Assembly (NCBI GenBank): GCA_951406725.2
Contig: OX597818.1
Span: 58,404,001 to 58,468,000 of the forward strand
Origin: Octopus vulgaris
Lineage: Eukaryota
Reading direction: 5' to 3'
Length of the DNA stretch: 64,000 bases
Part shown: positions 37,230 through 49,722 of the stretch, one piece after another
How the letters are laid out: every line of letters starts with the position of its first letter
Position numbering within the stretch: position 1 is the stretch's first letter
The notes under the pieces: generated by a model
The model's input: only the letters and a program-made list of their open reading frames with translations
Databases searched by the model: none
What the model was told of the DNA's origin: nothing
Made by a program: the position numbers and the translations under genes

Positions 37230-37403
37230 TATTAACAATAACAATAGCAACAACAACAACATCGTAAAATACCTTAGAAATGAGAACCAAGGTTCGATAT
37301 TCCCCCAAGACACCTGATGTTGGCTGGGGAGTATATCAGCCGAAATGATGTCTTAACAACAAACAAGATGAGGACAAATATTCGTCAAATGTAAATAATG
37401 TAC
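36910..37403 (+). mobile_element. Fold-back tRNA-headed element (family E) with hammerhead-like tail
   Basis: Inverted arm 36910-37117 plus direct copy 37118-37403. Head has A-box GGCGTAGTGG and B-box-like GATCGATTCC, then (AAT)n and a tail with CTGA.GA...GAAAC. Confidence 0.8.
36988..37035 (-). ncRNA. Minimal (Penelope-type) hammerhead ribozyme motif
   Basis: Minus strand reads gacac CUGAGGA a GGCUG gagggtatat CAGCC GAA ACGU U. Core and stem II are intact; stem I 3' strand is decayed. Confidence 0.6.
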
Positions 37404-37552
37404 ATGCATACTCCGTTATATATTCACGGATTGTAATACAGCTACACCTATGCATAAATTAATACATATATACAACCTTGCACCCTCCGTTTTACATTCA
37501 CGGGTTCTAATACACCTACACAAATACTCAGACAATATGTATTTTCTACGTA

Positions 37553-37790
37553 AGGCGGCGAGATGGCAGACGCGTTAGCGCGCAGGGCGAAATGCTAAGC
37601 GGTATTTCGCCTGTCGTTACGCTGTGATGTGAGTTCAAATTCCGCCGAGGTCGACTTTGCCTTTCATCCTTTCGGGGTCGATTAAATAAAGTACCAATTT
37701 CGCACTGGGGTCGATGTAATCGACTTAATCCCTTTGTCTGTCCTTGTTTGTCCCCTATATGTTTAGCTCCTTGTGGGTAGTAAAGAAATA
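37553..37790 (+). mobile_element. SINE family C monomer
   Basis: Flanking 15-bp repeat aatatgtattttcta (37534-37548 / 37791-37805). Confidence 0.85.
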
Positions 37791-37902
37791 AATATGTATT
37801 TTCTATGGAACTCTGCTCACAGTGAAAAAGAAAGAAAATATTCCTTGGAGAAACGCTTGTACGCCAAACGATGGAGGACGCATATCAAATAGTGAAATAC
37901 AT

Positions 37903-38152
37903 ATTTTTTACTACCCACAAGGGGTTAAACACAGAGTGGACAAACAAGGACAGACAAACGGTTTAAGTCGATTACAACGATCCCAGTGTGTAACTGGTAC
38001 TAAATTTATCGACCCCGAAAGGATGAAAGGCAAAGCCGACCTATCCATTTATGTATCTATCTCAGCAGAATTTGAACTCACAACGTAACGGCAGACGAAA
38101 TACGGCTGCGTATTTCGCCCGGCGTGCTAACGTTTCTGCCAGCTCGCCGCCT
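37903..38152 (-). mobile_element. SINE family C monomer
   Basis: Flanking ~22-bp repeat cgcatatcaaatagt(g/a)aaatac. Confidence 0.85.
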
Positions 38153-38284
38153 TCCGCATATCAAATAGTAAAATACAACGGAGGAAGTTATCACGAATTG
38201 TAAATGCACAATTCTTTCAGAGAAAATAAACCCACTCACCTTATGGGAGTTATATAAGTGCGTGTGGGTGTATACAACATCAGA

Positions 38285-38640
38285 GTGGAGGCGCAATGGC
38301 TCAGCGGTTAGGGCAGCGGACTCGTGGTCATAGGATCGCGGTTTCGATTCTCAGACCGGGCGTTGTGAGTGTTTATTGAGCGAAATCACCTAAAGCTCCA
38401 CGAGGCTCCAGCAGGGGATGGTGGTGATCCCTGCTGTACTCTTTCACTACAACTCTCTCTCACTCTTACTTCCTGTTTCTGTTGTACCTGTATTTCAAAG
38501 GGCCAGCCTTGTCACTCTCTGTGTCACGCTGAATATCCCCGAGAACTACGTTAAGGGTACACGAAATTTCACGAGCAGGCTGTTCCATTGATTCGGATCA
38601 ACCGGAACCCTCGTCGTCGTAACCGACGGAGTGCTTCCAC
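38285..38640 (+). mobile_element. SINE family A (tail type 1)
   Basis: Near-identical to 62-452 apart from a ~30-bp deletion. TSD-like acaaca(t/g)caga. Confidence 0.85.
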
Positions 38641-39279
38641 ACAACAGCAGAATACTTGTTGCCACTGTAGAATTTTGTTCTTCAAAGTTTATGTACATAG
38701 AAAAAAAACTTCCTTTCAGGGAAAGCAATGTAGTTCATGGAAGGTATTTTTCACCTGATAATAAACAATTTTACCGCTGTGTTTTCTTTGTGAATTATTT
38801 CATTTTCAAATTAATAACTACTTAATTTCAATATATTTTGAAATCAAAATATTTTTTTGTTATCCTATGCATTCGAAGACAAGATTTAATTTGCCTATTC
38901 AAAAAAGCTTCTTTATTCATTTCCGACTTAAAATTGAATATAAACGCGTCTAGCTTCACTGTAGTTTGAAAGGATGTAGAGTTGTGCGATTTGACATTTC
39001 ATTAGACAAAGTCTGAAGTAAAACCAAAAAAAAAAAAAAAAATCTATGGTTGCGAAACAAACACAGACACTAACGCATGCGCAAACGACGATATTCACTA
39101 TCTTTCCCTCAGCGTCTCTCTTTCTCTTTCTCTCTCTCACACGCATCTATTTACGCATGTATCTATGCATATATGTAAATACGTTGGTATCAATTACAGA
39201 AAATACATGAATGTGTTATATTTTATTATTATATGCTAAGCATTCAGTGCCAATTCGACTGCAGCTACTAATATGTGTG

Positions 39280-39650
<371 letters not shown>

Positions 39651-40391
39651 CGTGTATGACGTGAGTGTGACAAAGAGAGAAATGGAGAGACAGAGAGATA
39701 GTGAGATAGATAGATAGAGAAAGAGAGAGAGAGAGAGGGGAATAGAGAGAGAGAGTTCTTTTTCAAGAATCGATAAACAAAATTATTGAACAGTGTGTCG
39801 AATTGTACAGAATGAATAGAAGCTATCACATTTTAATTTAAAAAATTTTTTTTATAATTTGATCAATGGCTGCATTATTACAAAGCACAATTATTCAATA
39901 TTTTTTGTGCATTTCAATCGGCGAGACATGTTGGGACTGGGTGCCCTCGGCGATTCAGCTATTCACAATACATTGTATTAAGTTTCAGACAATCTTTAAA
40001 TGATTTATTTTGTTAAACAAAAATGTTTTCTGTTTTTCCCTTGGAATAGAAATAAAGTAAAGATATAATATATCTACATGATTTAATGCTTAGGTCGGTA
40101 TTTATTCAACGTGGAGCTTAACATCCATTATACGTTATAATCCATATTTCCATTCCTTGTATAGACGATCGAATAGATATAAGAAATGTAAACACTATTA
40201 GATATAAATATGAACAATGGAACAGTATTACTTATAACTGGATTATCAAATATTTATTCATATACTAATGCAATTTTTAAACAATGCTCTCGTAGATATA
40301 GGTTCCTTTAGAAAAATGTCAATATAATTGCATGGGAGTAGGAGTAACTTAATGCAGAACAAACACAGTAACGATTATTTAAAAAGCATAA

Positions 40392-40578
40392 GCGGTATTT
40401 CGTCTGATGCTACGTTCTGAGTTCAAATTCCGCCGAGGTCGAATTTGCCTTTCATGCTTTCACAGCTGATAAATTAAGTACCAGTTACACACTGGGGTCA
40501 ATATACTCGACTTAATCCGTGTGTCTGTCCTTATTTGTCCCCTCTGTGTTTAGCCCCTTGTGGCTACTAAAGAAATAG
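40392..40578 (+). mobile_element. 5'-truncated SINE family C
   Basis: 15-bp TSD ttatttaaaaagcat (40375-40389 / 40580-40594). Confidence 0.82.
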
Positions 40579-40928
40579 GTTATTTAAAAAGCATCTTTAC
40601 ATGTTCTGCTTGTTTTTAAACATGTCAGTTATTTATAGTTCGCTGATATGCGATGCCACGGGAAGGCTCATGGCTCAGTGTTTAGTTTGGTGTTTTCCAA
40701 CGTAACGTGTAGGAAAATTGGTGTTTGGTAAGCGTTAGCGTGGTTTGTGAAACTTTTTGCACATTCTTGTCGACCCTAAGCCTATCTTCAACATTGAAAT
40801 GAAAGCAAAAATCGCCACGGAATATTTATACTTAAAGCATGGGAATCGATGTAGCTGCGACCAAACACCATACCGAGTGAGGTATCTGCATTTGTTAGGC
40901 GTTTGCTTCTCTGTTTCCCTATCAATTG

Positions 40929-41475
<547 letters not shown>

Positions 41476-41699
41476 AGTGACAAGCGTTTGTAAAGCAGCA
41501 GGGGTATCCACTCACCATTGAGTCGAGGTATCCATCAGCCAGGTAATTGAATTGAAGATCGTATTTCTATATTTAAAATAAATATGTTGATGGGTACACA
41601 TTTTTTCCAAAAAGGTGGAAACCGGAAATTTTGTTATTAAAAAGTGGGGCACCGGAAAAAAGTTAGTGAAACACTGGGTTAGATCGTCAGACTAATGAT

Positions 41700-41990
41700 C
41701 AAAGGGAGTGATTTCTAGACCGGGCTGTGTGTAATGTTATTCCGTAAGGCATTTCATTTAACTTTTTTCCAGTTTACACACTTCTAGAATTGATTTGCGT
41801 CACCACTGTTGCCAAACTATATCAGCTTTTGCCATTCCCTTGGACATCATTGGTCGCATGGAGAGGGGTGGTTGTTATGGATCGTCGACTGCTTGTTTTC
41901 CATAAACTACCTTGCCCTGATTTGTGTACCTCGAAGGGGTACTTTCCATGTGCAATCCCATTGTCATTCATGGCCAAATGGGGTCGTTAT
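41700..41990 (+). mobile_element. Old SINE family D
   Basis: gccaaactatatcagcttttgccattcccttgga...cgactgcttgttttccataaactaccttgccc...gtgcaatcccat. Related to the reverse complement of 57830-58055. Confidence 0.55.
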
Positions 41991-42073
41991 CTCTTATATA
42001 ATGCCACACATTGTTTTCACACGCATACGTATAGATATGCAGCTCAAACAAATACAAGAACAGACTCCTCAGT

Positions 42074-42115
<42 letters not shown>

Positions 42116-42395
42116 GTGTGTGTATGTGTGTTTGTGTATGCATATATATATATATATAAATTAAATTAGAGATAAAACCACTATTAGGCAAATCAAACAA
42201 TGAATAACATAACCCAAAGCATAAAAATAATTAATATAATATACAAAATATATAAAATATGAAATTAAAAAATTTAAATTATTTTAAATTTAAAATTTAA
42301 ATTACTAATTTATATTTATAATTATATTTAAATTTTTTTTATATAAAAATATATAACTATTAAAAAGTATTAAATAGTTTAATATAAGATAAAAG

Positions 42396-42457
<62 letters not shown>

Positions 42458-42796
42458 GTGTGTGTGTCTGTGTGTGTGTCTGTGTGGCTATATAAATATA
42501 TGTATATATACACATACATATATCGTAAAATAAGAAATAGAAAATATTTGGTACAATATCATGTATTTGAAAAAAAGAAATGAATATAATAATTTTCCCA
42601 CTTTAAAAATTATATGTTTGCAACTTCACAAAATTGCATAGCATCCTTGCTCAGAATCCGTGCAAGTCTACTCCGTAACGATCCTGTTTTAGAATATATA
42701 CTGCCGTAGCTAATCTGTTAAGTGTTCTGCATTTTTACTTTTGTAAACTTATAAACATATAATTATTAAAGTGAAAAAATATCACAAAGCTATTCC

Positions 42797-42890
<94 letters not shown>

Positions 42891-42899
42891 ATATATATA

Positions 42900-43455
42900 T
42901 AAATTAACAATTGAGGATAAAATCTTTAAAAGAAATTATCAGTAGTCAGCGTGAAAAACCTCGTAAGAGAAAAATCCGTAAATTCTTCCTCTTTGAAAAT
43001 ATTCATTTATATTATATTGAGGGTACTACTATTCGTAGATACCAACACGCTAAGAGGGACCAATTTATATTTTTCACCGGAATAGTTCAATACTGAATTT
43101 TTATGCCGACTAGACAATTTGTGACCGAAATGCATTGCGAATAAGCCCGCCATTTTCATAGATATGTAAAGATAAACATTCGTACATGCTACGACGAATT
43201 CTACGGTTGGCTATCGAGCTTGTAATGTTATGTTTTTCTCTTATATTCCTTGAGTTTGTTGCACTGATGAACATGAAATGCATATTCTGCATTAAATGCG
43301 AAATCACATGTGATATGTAACTGAATTCTTTTTTAAAATGATGTGTTTTGAAGTTTTGCATTCGGTAAAATTTTGTTTATTTTTAGTAGTTTTGACCGCA
43401 TTGGTCCCTCTTAGCGTGTTGGTATCTACGAATAGTAGTACCCTCAATATAATAT
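42900..43455 (+). mobile_element. Non-autonomous Penelope-like element: inverted 3' arm plus direct copy, between (TA)n tracts
   Basis: Perfect ~56-bp inverted repeat (43009-43064 vs 43400-43455) enclosing a hammerhead motif. Confidence 0.7.
43258..43321 (+). ncRNA. Type I hammerhead ribozyme
   Basis: Stem I GUUGCA/UGUAAC, CUGAUGA, stem II (CAU..AAUGCA-uauuc-UGCAUU..AUG), GAA, palindromic stem III AUCACAUGUGAU, cleavage after AUA. The closing 10.1-11.1 pair is an A.C mismatch. Confidence 0.75.
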
Positions 43456-43686
43456 ATATATATATATATATATTAATTATTATATATATATATATATTTC
43501 TTTTTGTATTTGGTTTGCAAGATTCTTTATATGAGTTCTGTGTATTGAAGCATATTCTGTTGTGTCTGGGGAGAGTCATTTTGTCACCGGTAAAATTTCC
43601 ACTTATTTCTTATTTCTATTTTCCTAAAATTTTCGTTGCATCTTGCAACCTTTACAATAGTCTTGACTCTGTCCGTTATTTACCGT

Positions 43687-44188
43687 GCGTTACCTTTTGC
43701 TTGTTTGTGCGCATGTGTGAGAGTCAGTGTATGTGTGTGCTTATACATGCATGCATGTACGTATGTATGTGTGTATGTATGTTTGAATGTGCATGTATGT
43801 ATATGTGTGTGTTTGTATGCATATATATATGTATGTATATCTGTACATCTGTATGTACATATCCTGCATATTCATGTGCTTGCATGTCCGTGTTGTGTAT
43901 TTTACTATGCATGTGTGTGAGCATGTGTTTGTATATGTATGCACCATATGTATGCACCATATGTGTCCTTGTGTGGAGTAAAGTGTGTGTGTATATGGTC
44001 CCATGACCATATATACAATCACATACAGATGCACACATACATATATACATATGCCAACACAGACATATATACGTACATACACATGCAAACATACATACAC
44101 GCATACATACGTACATGCATGCATACATAGACACACGCACACACACTGACCCACACATGCGCACAAACAAACAAAATGTAACGCACAG
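43687..44188. repeat. Diverged inverted duplication, ~160-bp arms
   Basis: 43687-43845 (tgcgttaccttttgcttgtttgtgcgcatgtgtg...) matches the reverse complement of 44024-44187. Confidence 0.75.
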
Positions 44189-44192
44189 TATG

Positions 44193-44231
<39 letters not shown>

Positions 44232-44235
<4 letters not shown>

Positions 44236-44457
44236 GTGTGTGTATGTTTGTGTGTCGGTGTTTGTGCCCCCAACATCGCTTGACCCCCGATGCTGGTGTG
44301 TTTACTTCCCCATAACTTACCGGTTGGGCAAAAGACACCGATAGAATAAGTACTAGGCTTACAAAGAATAAGTCCTGGGGTCGATTTGTTCTACGAAAGG
44401 TGGTGCTCCAGCATGGCCACGGTCTAATAACTGAAACAAGTAACAGAGTAAAAGAGA
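44232..44457 (+). mobile_element. 3' half of SINE family B
   Basis: Match to family tail. Confidence 0.8.
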
Positions 44458-45076
44458 GTGTGTATATTTTTCTCTACCCTTCCGTATCATGATGCTCACC
44501 TCGTAAACTATTTGTTTTTACCGGGAATTATTGTTCAAGTAAAACGTATGTGTATGCGTATACCCACGTGTATTTGTGTTTGTGTCAGAGTTACAAGCCT
44601 TTGCGTAAATGGAGGAAGGTGTGTGAATATGGGAAGTGTAGGCGGGTGAGATTTCATACTTAACTTCATGCGTTATGTGTTTCAAAGTGTGATGTTTAGG
44701 GGTGCAATTACGTGTGTACATGCGTCCGAGTGCTGAAATTGTGAATGTAAGGAAAGAAGGAATCGACGAGAGTATATGCATGCGGAAACTATATTAGTGA
44801 TTTGAATGTGTGTGTGTGTGCGTGTGTGCTTGTTTGTCTGTGTAACTATGGAAGTGGTGGTGGGTGTGGAAACTTGGGGATGTGTGATTGCATAAATTCA
44901 GAAAGAGAAAAATGAATTTTTGTGTAATTGTTTTACAAATTGGTGCAAGCACTTATAAACTTCAATATTTACTATTTATCCATCTGTTTTCTGTTCCGAG
45001 GTGTGAAATTTTGAAAGGCGAGATAAAACTAAATACAGGATCTGCCCGATAAACTAGAAAATTCCCACTAATAACA

Positions 45077-45097
45077 ATGATAATGATGATGACGATA

Positions 45098-45129
<32 letters not shown>

Positions 45130-45226
45130 ATTGATGATGATAATGATGATGATGATGATAATGATGATGATGATGATGATAATGATGATGATGATGATAA
45201 TGATGTTGATAATAATGATGATGATA

Positions 45227-45283
<57 letters not shown>

Positions 45284-45301
45284 TTGATAATGATGATGAT
45301 A

Positions 45302-45336
<35 letters not shown>

Positions 45337-45400
45337 AATGATGATGATGATGATAATGATGTTGATGATGATAATGATGTTGATGATAATGATGATGATA

Positions 45401-45447
<47 letters not shown>

Positions 45448-45706
45448 AATGATGATGACGATGATAATGATGATGATGATAAGGATAATGATGATGATAA
45501 TGATAAGGGTGATGACAATGATGATGATGATAATGATGTTGATGATAATGATGATGATAATAATGATGATGATAATGATGATGATAATGATGATGATAAT
45601 GATGATGGCGGTGGTGGTGGTGATAATGATGATGATGATGCTAATGATGATAATAATGATAATAATGATAAGGCTGATGACAATGATGATGATGATAATG
45701 ATGATA

Positions 45707-45738
<32 letters not shown>

Positions 45739-45760
45739 GATGATGATGATAATGATAATG
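45077..45760. repeat. ~680-bp imperfect (GAT)n/(AAT)n trinucleotide array
   Basis: Direct reading. Confidence 0.95.
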
Positions 45761-46407
45761 TACAACTGTGAGAAAACGGCGTGAAGTGGGGGCCTGTTTA
45801 TATTATAGGTTTTCTTCAACAGAATACAGTCTCTTTCTGTATTCCTTTTTCCTTATTTTTCTGACAAAGTGATAATTAATCGTAGATCATAATCCTTTGG
45901 GATACTAATATAATTCTATTGATGTTGTGTAGGTGTTCATTACCGGAAGGTGTGATATATTTAGATTGTTTTAGTTCATCTTGCAATCAGTTTTCCATGG
46001 CGAATCTTAATTCGATTACATTGTGGAATTGATCTCTACACTAGGTTGCTTAGTGAGGTTCTCTTTGAGGGAATTCACCAACCGTTTCAGACACATTACA
46101 AGGTGCAAGCGAGGTTTTCTGCGTCTGAATATGCATTCGACGGCATTAAAAAGCTATTTAGTGCGGTGCTGCTAGGGAAATCGATATTGACACACCGTTC
46201 AAGAAGTCTGTCATACAAGACTATACTGTCTAAAATTCAAACATGACGATTTAGATCATATATATATATATACATATATATATATACTTCTTATATTATA
46301 TATATTGTATATTATGTTAATTATATATATTTTTTTGTTTTTTATGTTTTGGTTTATGTCCATTACTGTTTGATTTGTATAATAGTGGTTTTATCTCTAA
46401 ATTAATT

Positions 46408-46456
<49 letters not shown>

Positions 46457-47739
46457 CAGGGTAGTTACCATTAAGTAACATGGTAAGTAGTAGGCGTGTA
46501 TGTAAGTCTGGGAAGCAGATGTATTGGAAAGAAGGTGGAAGTTCATAGGAGGAAAGTATTGTTTTTAAGATCTGGATTGATACAAAGTGTTTTTCGGAAG
46601 ATTTTTTCCTGGATAGTACAGTCTTTTAAAGCTCACGGATGATTTGGAGACATGGATGTTTCGGATTTTAAAAATTTTCCAAATATTTTATATTGGATTT
46701 AATGCAGCTTAATCGTATAGAAATTAATTTGTTTATATTCTGTTATCATATTTCTTATTCCTTATATATTCCAGATGAGTTTCTTAACCATGGATTTGTC
46801 GCTTTCTGAACATTTTAAATATAATGGTAATCTTCTAATTTGAGAGAACCGCTGCTCACAAAAAAGCACAAATAACCATACAACCGCAAGTAAACAGATG
46901 TACAAACACATATACTTACATACGTACATACTTATATATATGATATACGCACACACACTTGTATATACGTATACTCACAAACAGATGCACAAGCACATAA
47001 ACGTATATACATGCATGCTTATATACATGATACACACACACGAATGTATATATGTATACATACAAACATATGCAAACACATACACATGTGTGTGCCTAGA
47101 GCTTATGTATATAAATATATCTTTTCAAATATACAAGTCTCCATAAAGTTTATCATGTACTTGTAAACCAAGTCCTCGCGATAAATACTATATTTATAGT
47201 ATTTAGAACTGTCTTCCGATTAAAGATCTAAGGTTTCCTAAATTGTTTGAAGTTGCTTTTTTCTTTAATTCCTGCACATTTAATTTATTTTCTGCTTCAA
47301 TAACTCTAGCGCCGTGAGTGTCATTTCTTTTGTGTTTCTTTTTTATATAAATATCACTAAATATGTAACATTTAAGGTTTCATTTTGCAGTTTTAGTTGA
47401 TTATTTCTTTTGTTTACTCGCCTGTACTCATGAACCGCATCTCAATATAAACAACAAATAAACAAGCTTATTTGTGGCGTACTTCAAAGGAATCATTTAA
47501 TTAATTTTTAAATAAACTTCAATCATCTGCCGTTGATGTTGTTTTGCTCTAGATTTTCTTTTAAGATTTTCCTATTCAAGTACGCAAAATATTTTTGTTT
47601 GTGTTGGTGTGTAAATTTAATTAAAAGCAAAAATACACGAATTAAACCAGTAGAAAAGAATGCCAGCCTGATTCGTTCTTACCACAATTATTTAGAAGCT
47701 ACATGACGTGTCACACCTGATATTTTGGCCCAAATAGAA

Positions 47740-48108
47740 GGGAAGCACTCCGTCGGTTACGGTTGATCCGAATCAACGGAACAGCCTGCTCGTGAAATTA
47801 ACGTGTAAGTGGCTGAGCACTCCACAGACACGTGTACCCTTAACGTAGTTCTCGGGGATATTCAGCGTGACACAGAGAGTGACAAGGCCGGCTCATTGAA
47901 ATACAAGTACAACAGAAACAAGAAGTAAGAGTCAGAGAAAGTTGTGGTGAAAGAGTACAGCAGGGATCACCACCATCCCCTGACTGAGCCTCGTGGAGCT
48001 TTAGGTGTTTTCGCTCAATAAACACTCACAACGCCCGGTCTGGGAATCGAAACCGCGATCCTATGACCGCAGGTTCGCTGCCCTAACCACTGGGCCATTG
48101 CGCCTCCA
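47740..48108 (-). mobile_element. SINE family A (tail type 1)
   Basis: Reverse-complement match. TSD-like tttt(g)gcccaaata on both sides. Confidence 0.85.
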
Positions 48109-49309
48109 CCTTTTGCCCAAATATTATCAATATAAATATTACCCACATGTATGTTGTTGAACATGTACTAAACGAAGGAGATCGTGTCTACTCCTCTTCC
48201 ACAAACCTTAAACATATTATGAAATTTCGTTTTCAATAGAATTAACTGGCGTATTCATTGTACGTAAGTTACGGGAAAATATGCTGCAAATATAAATCCC
48301 AAATATTTTGATTATCACATTTTGTCTCGAAAACGAGAAAGCGTTGTATACGGTGTTGCTAAAGTATCGCTCAGATTATAACGCATTTTCTTTTAGAATA
48401 TAATATTGCACTTTGCTTGTGTGGGCGATTACCCTCGAGAAATAGCATCTACTCTTGTTTCGTTTGTTGGAGATATATCCCACGTTGCCTCTTGTTTAGA
48501 AGCGGGGATAAGTAAGGTAGAGATTATATGTTATCTTATATGTGACCTCGATATTTACTGGCAAAATCGTTAGCACGCAGATCATGTTCTTACGTCAAAT
48601 ACCACCGAGGTCAAATTTGGCTTAGATCCTTTCGGGTGTGAATAAAACAATTACCAGCTTAGTAACTGGATCGATGTAATCGACTTGGACCTCACCTCAC
48701 ACGGCTTTCTAACCTTCTGCAAAAATTGGAAATCAATATTAACACTAGAAAAACACCGGAATACTTTAAATCTATGCTCAAATGCACACCATCTCGCCAT
48801 ATATAATTCACTGAATACATAGCGCCATTGCAGCAATTACAGCGGTTTTTGTCAGGAAGTGATATCCTCTTGAAGTGCTATGTTAAAGTGACTATAGTTA
48901 TCAGATGCAAGGCGAGAATTTTTCCTACTAGTGTTTAGTGTGATGACCAGATGCCCACTGGTCTTTTTCATACGTTTCAATGACCATTTCAATGACAGCA
49001 CTGTATGCGGCATCCTATTTGGCCTTCTGAGAATTATTGTATTTTTAAGACAGCATGTTCTTGTGCACAACGATGTTGTTAAACCTCCATTAACAGAACC
49101 AAATGCAGGTTCTTTCCGTTTTCCTTCACGCACGGATAAAATGTTCACTATAAATATTAATGGTCGTAAAAACACTATGTCAGTGATTAGACAAAAAAAG
49201 GCCTTTATAGAGAAAACCGTCCCTGTTCCCACTGCAGACGACACACGCACATCATTACGGACACGGCCAGCACAACGACCTTCCGATCCCATGACTACTA
49301 TTGGGATCG

Positions 49310-49722
49310 ATTAGGTACCGAGCAGGGATTCTGGATTATTTTTCCGTTTTAGTTTTTTACTTAACTTTTTAGAGCGGTCGAGTTCATTTTTAGTATTCTC
49401 GTTTGTGAGAACAATCGAGTTTATTTCAGATATACTGATTTTAAAAATCATCACCGGCTAATCGTGGAGAGGGCGTTGGTGTTGCCTTCGCGGAGGTTTG
49501 TCCAGGCGGTTTGTTGTTTATATAAACGTTCAAATGGTACTGCATGGGAGTGGGGCCATGCAGCCATTTCATTTTTCATTTTCAAATAAAATCTAATTTT
49601 CATCCCTTTTTATGTTTGGTATTTGGCCCCACTGTGATGTCTATGTATTGTCCCCTCTGTGTTATGGCCATAGTGCAAATATAAAGAAATATTGGCGGAG
49701 GTTTGCGCTCTCTGAGTGCTTT
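49310..49722 (+). mobile_element. Possible non-autonomous DNA element (Helentron/HINE-like 3' end)
   Basis: Ends ttggcggaggtttgcgctctctgagtgcttt, a terminal motif I recall from such elements. Boundaries uncertain. Confidence 0.35.
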
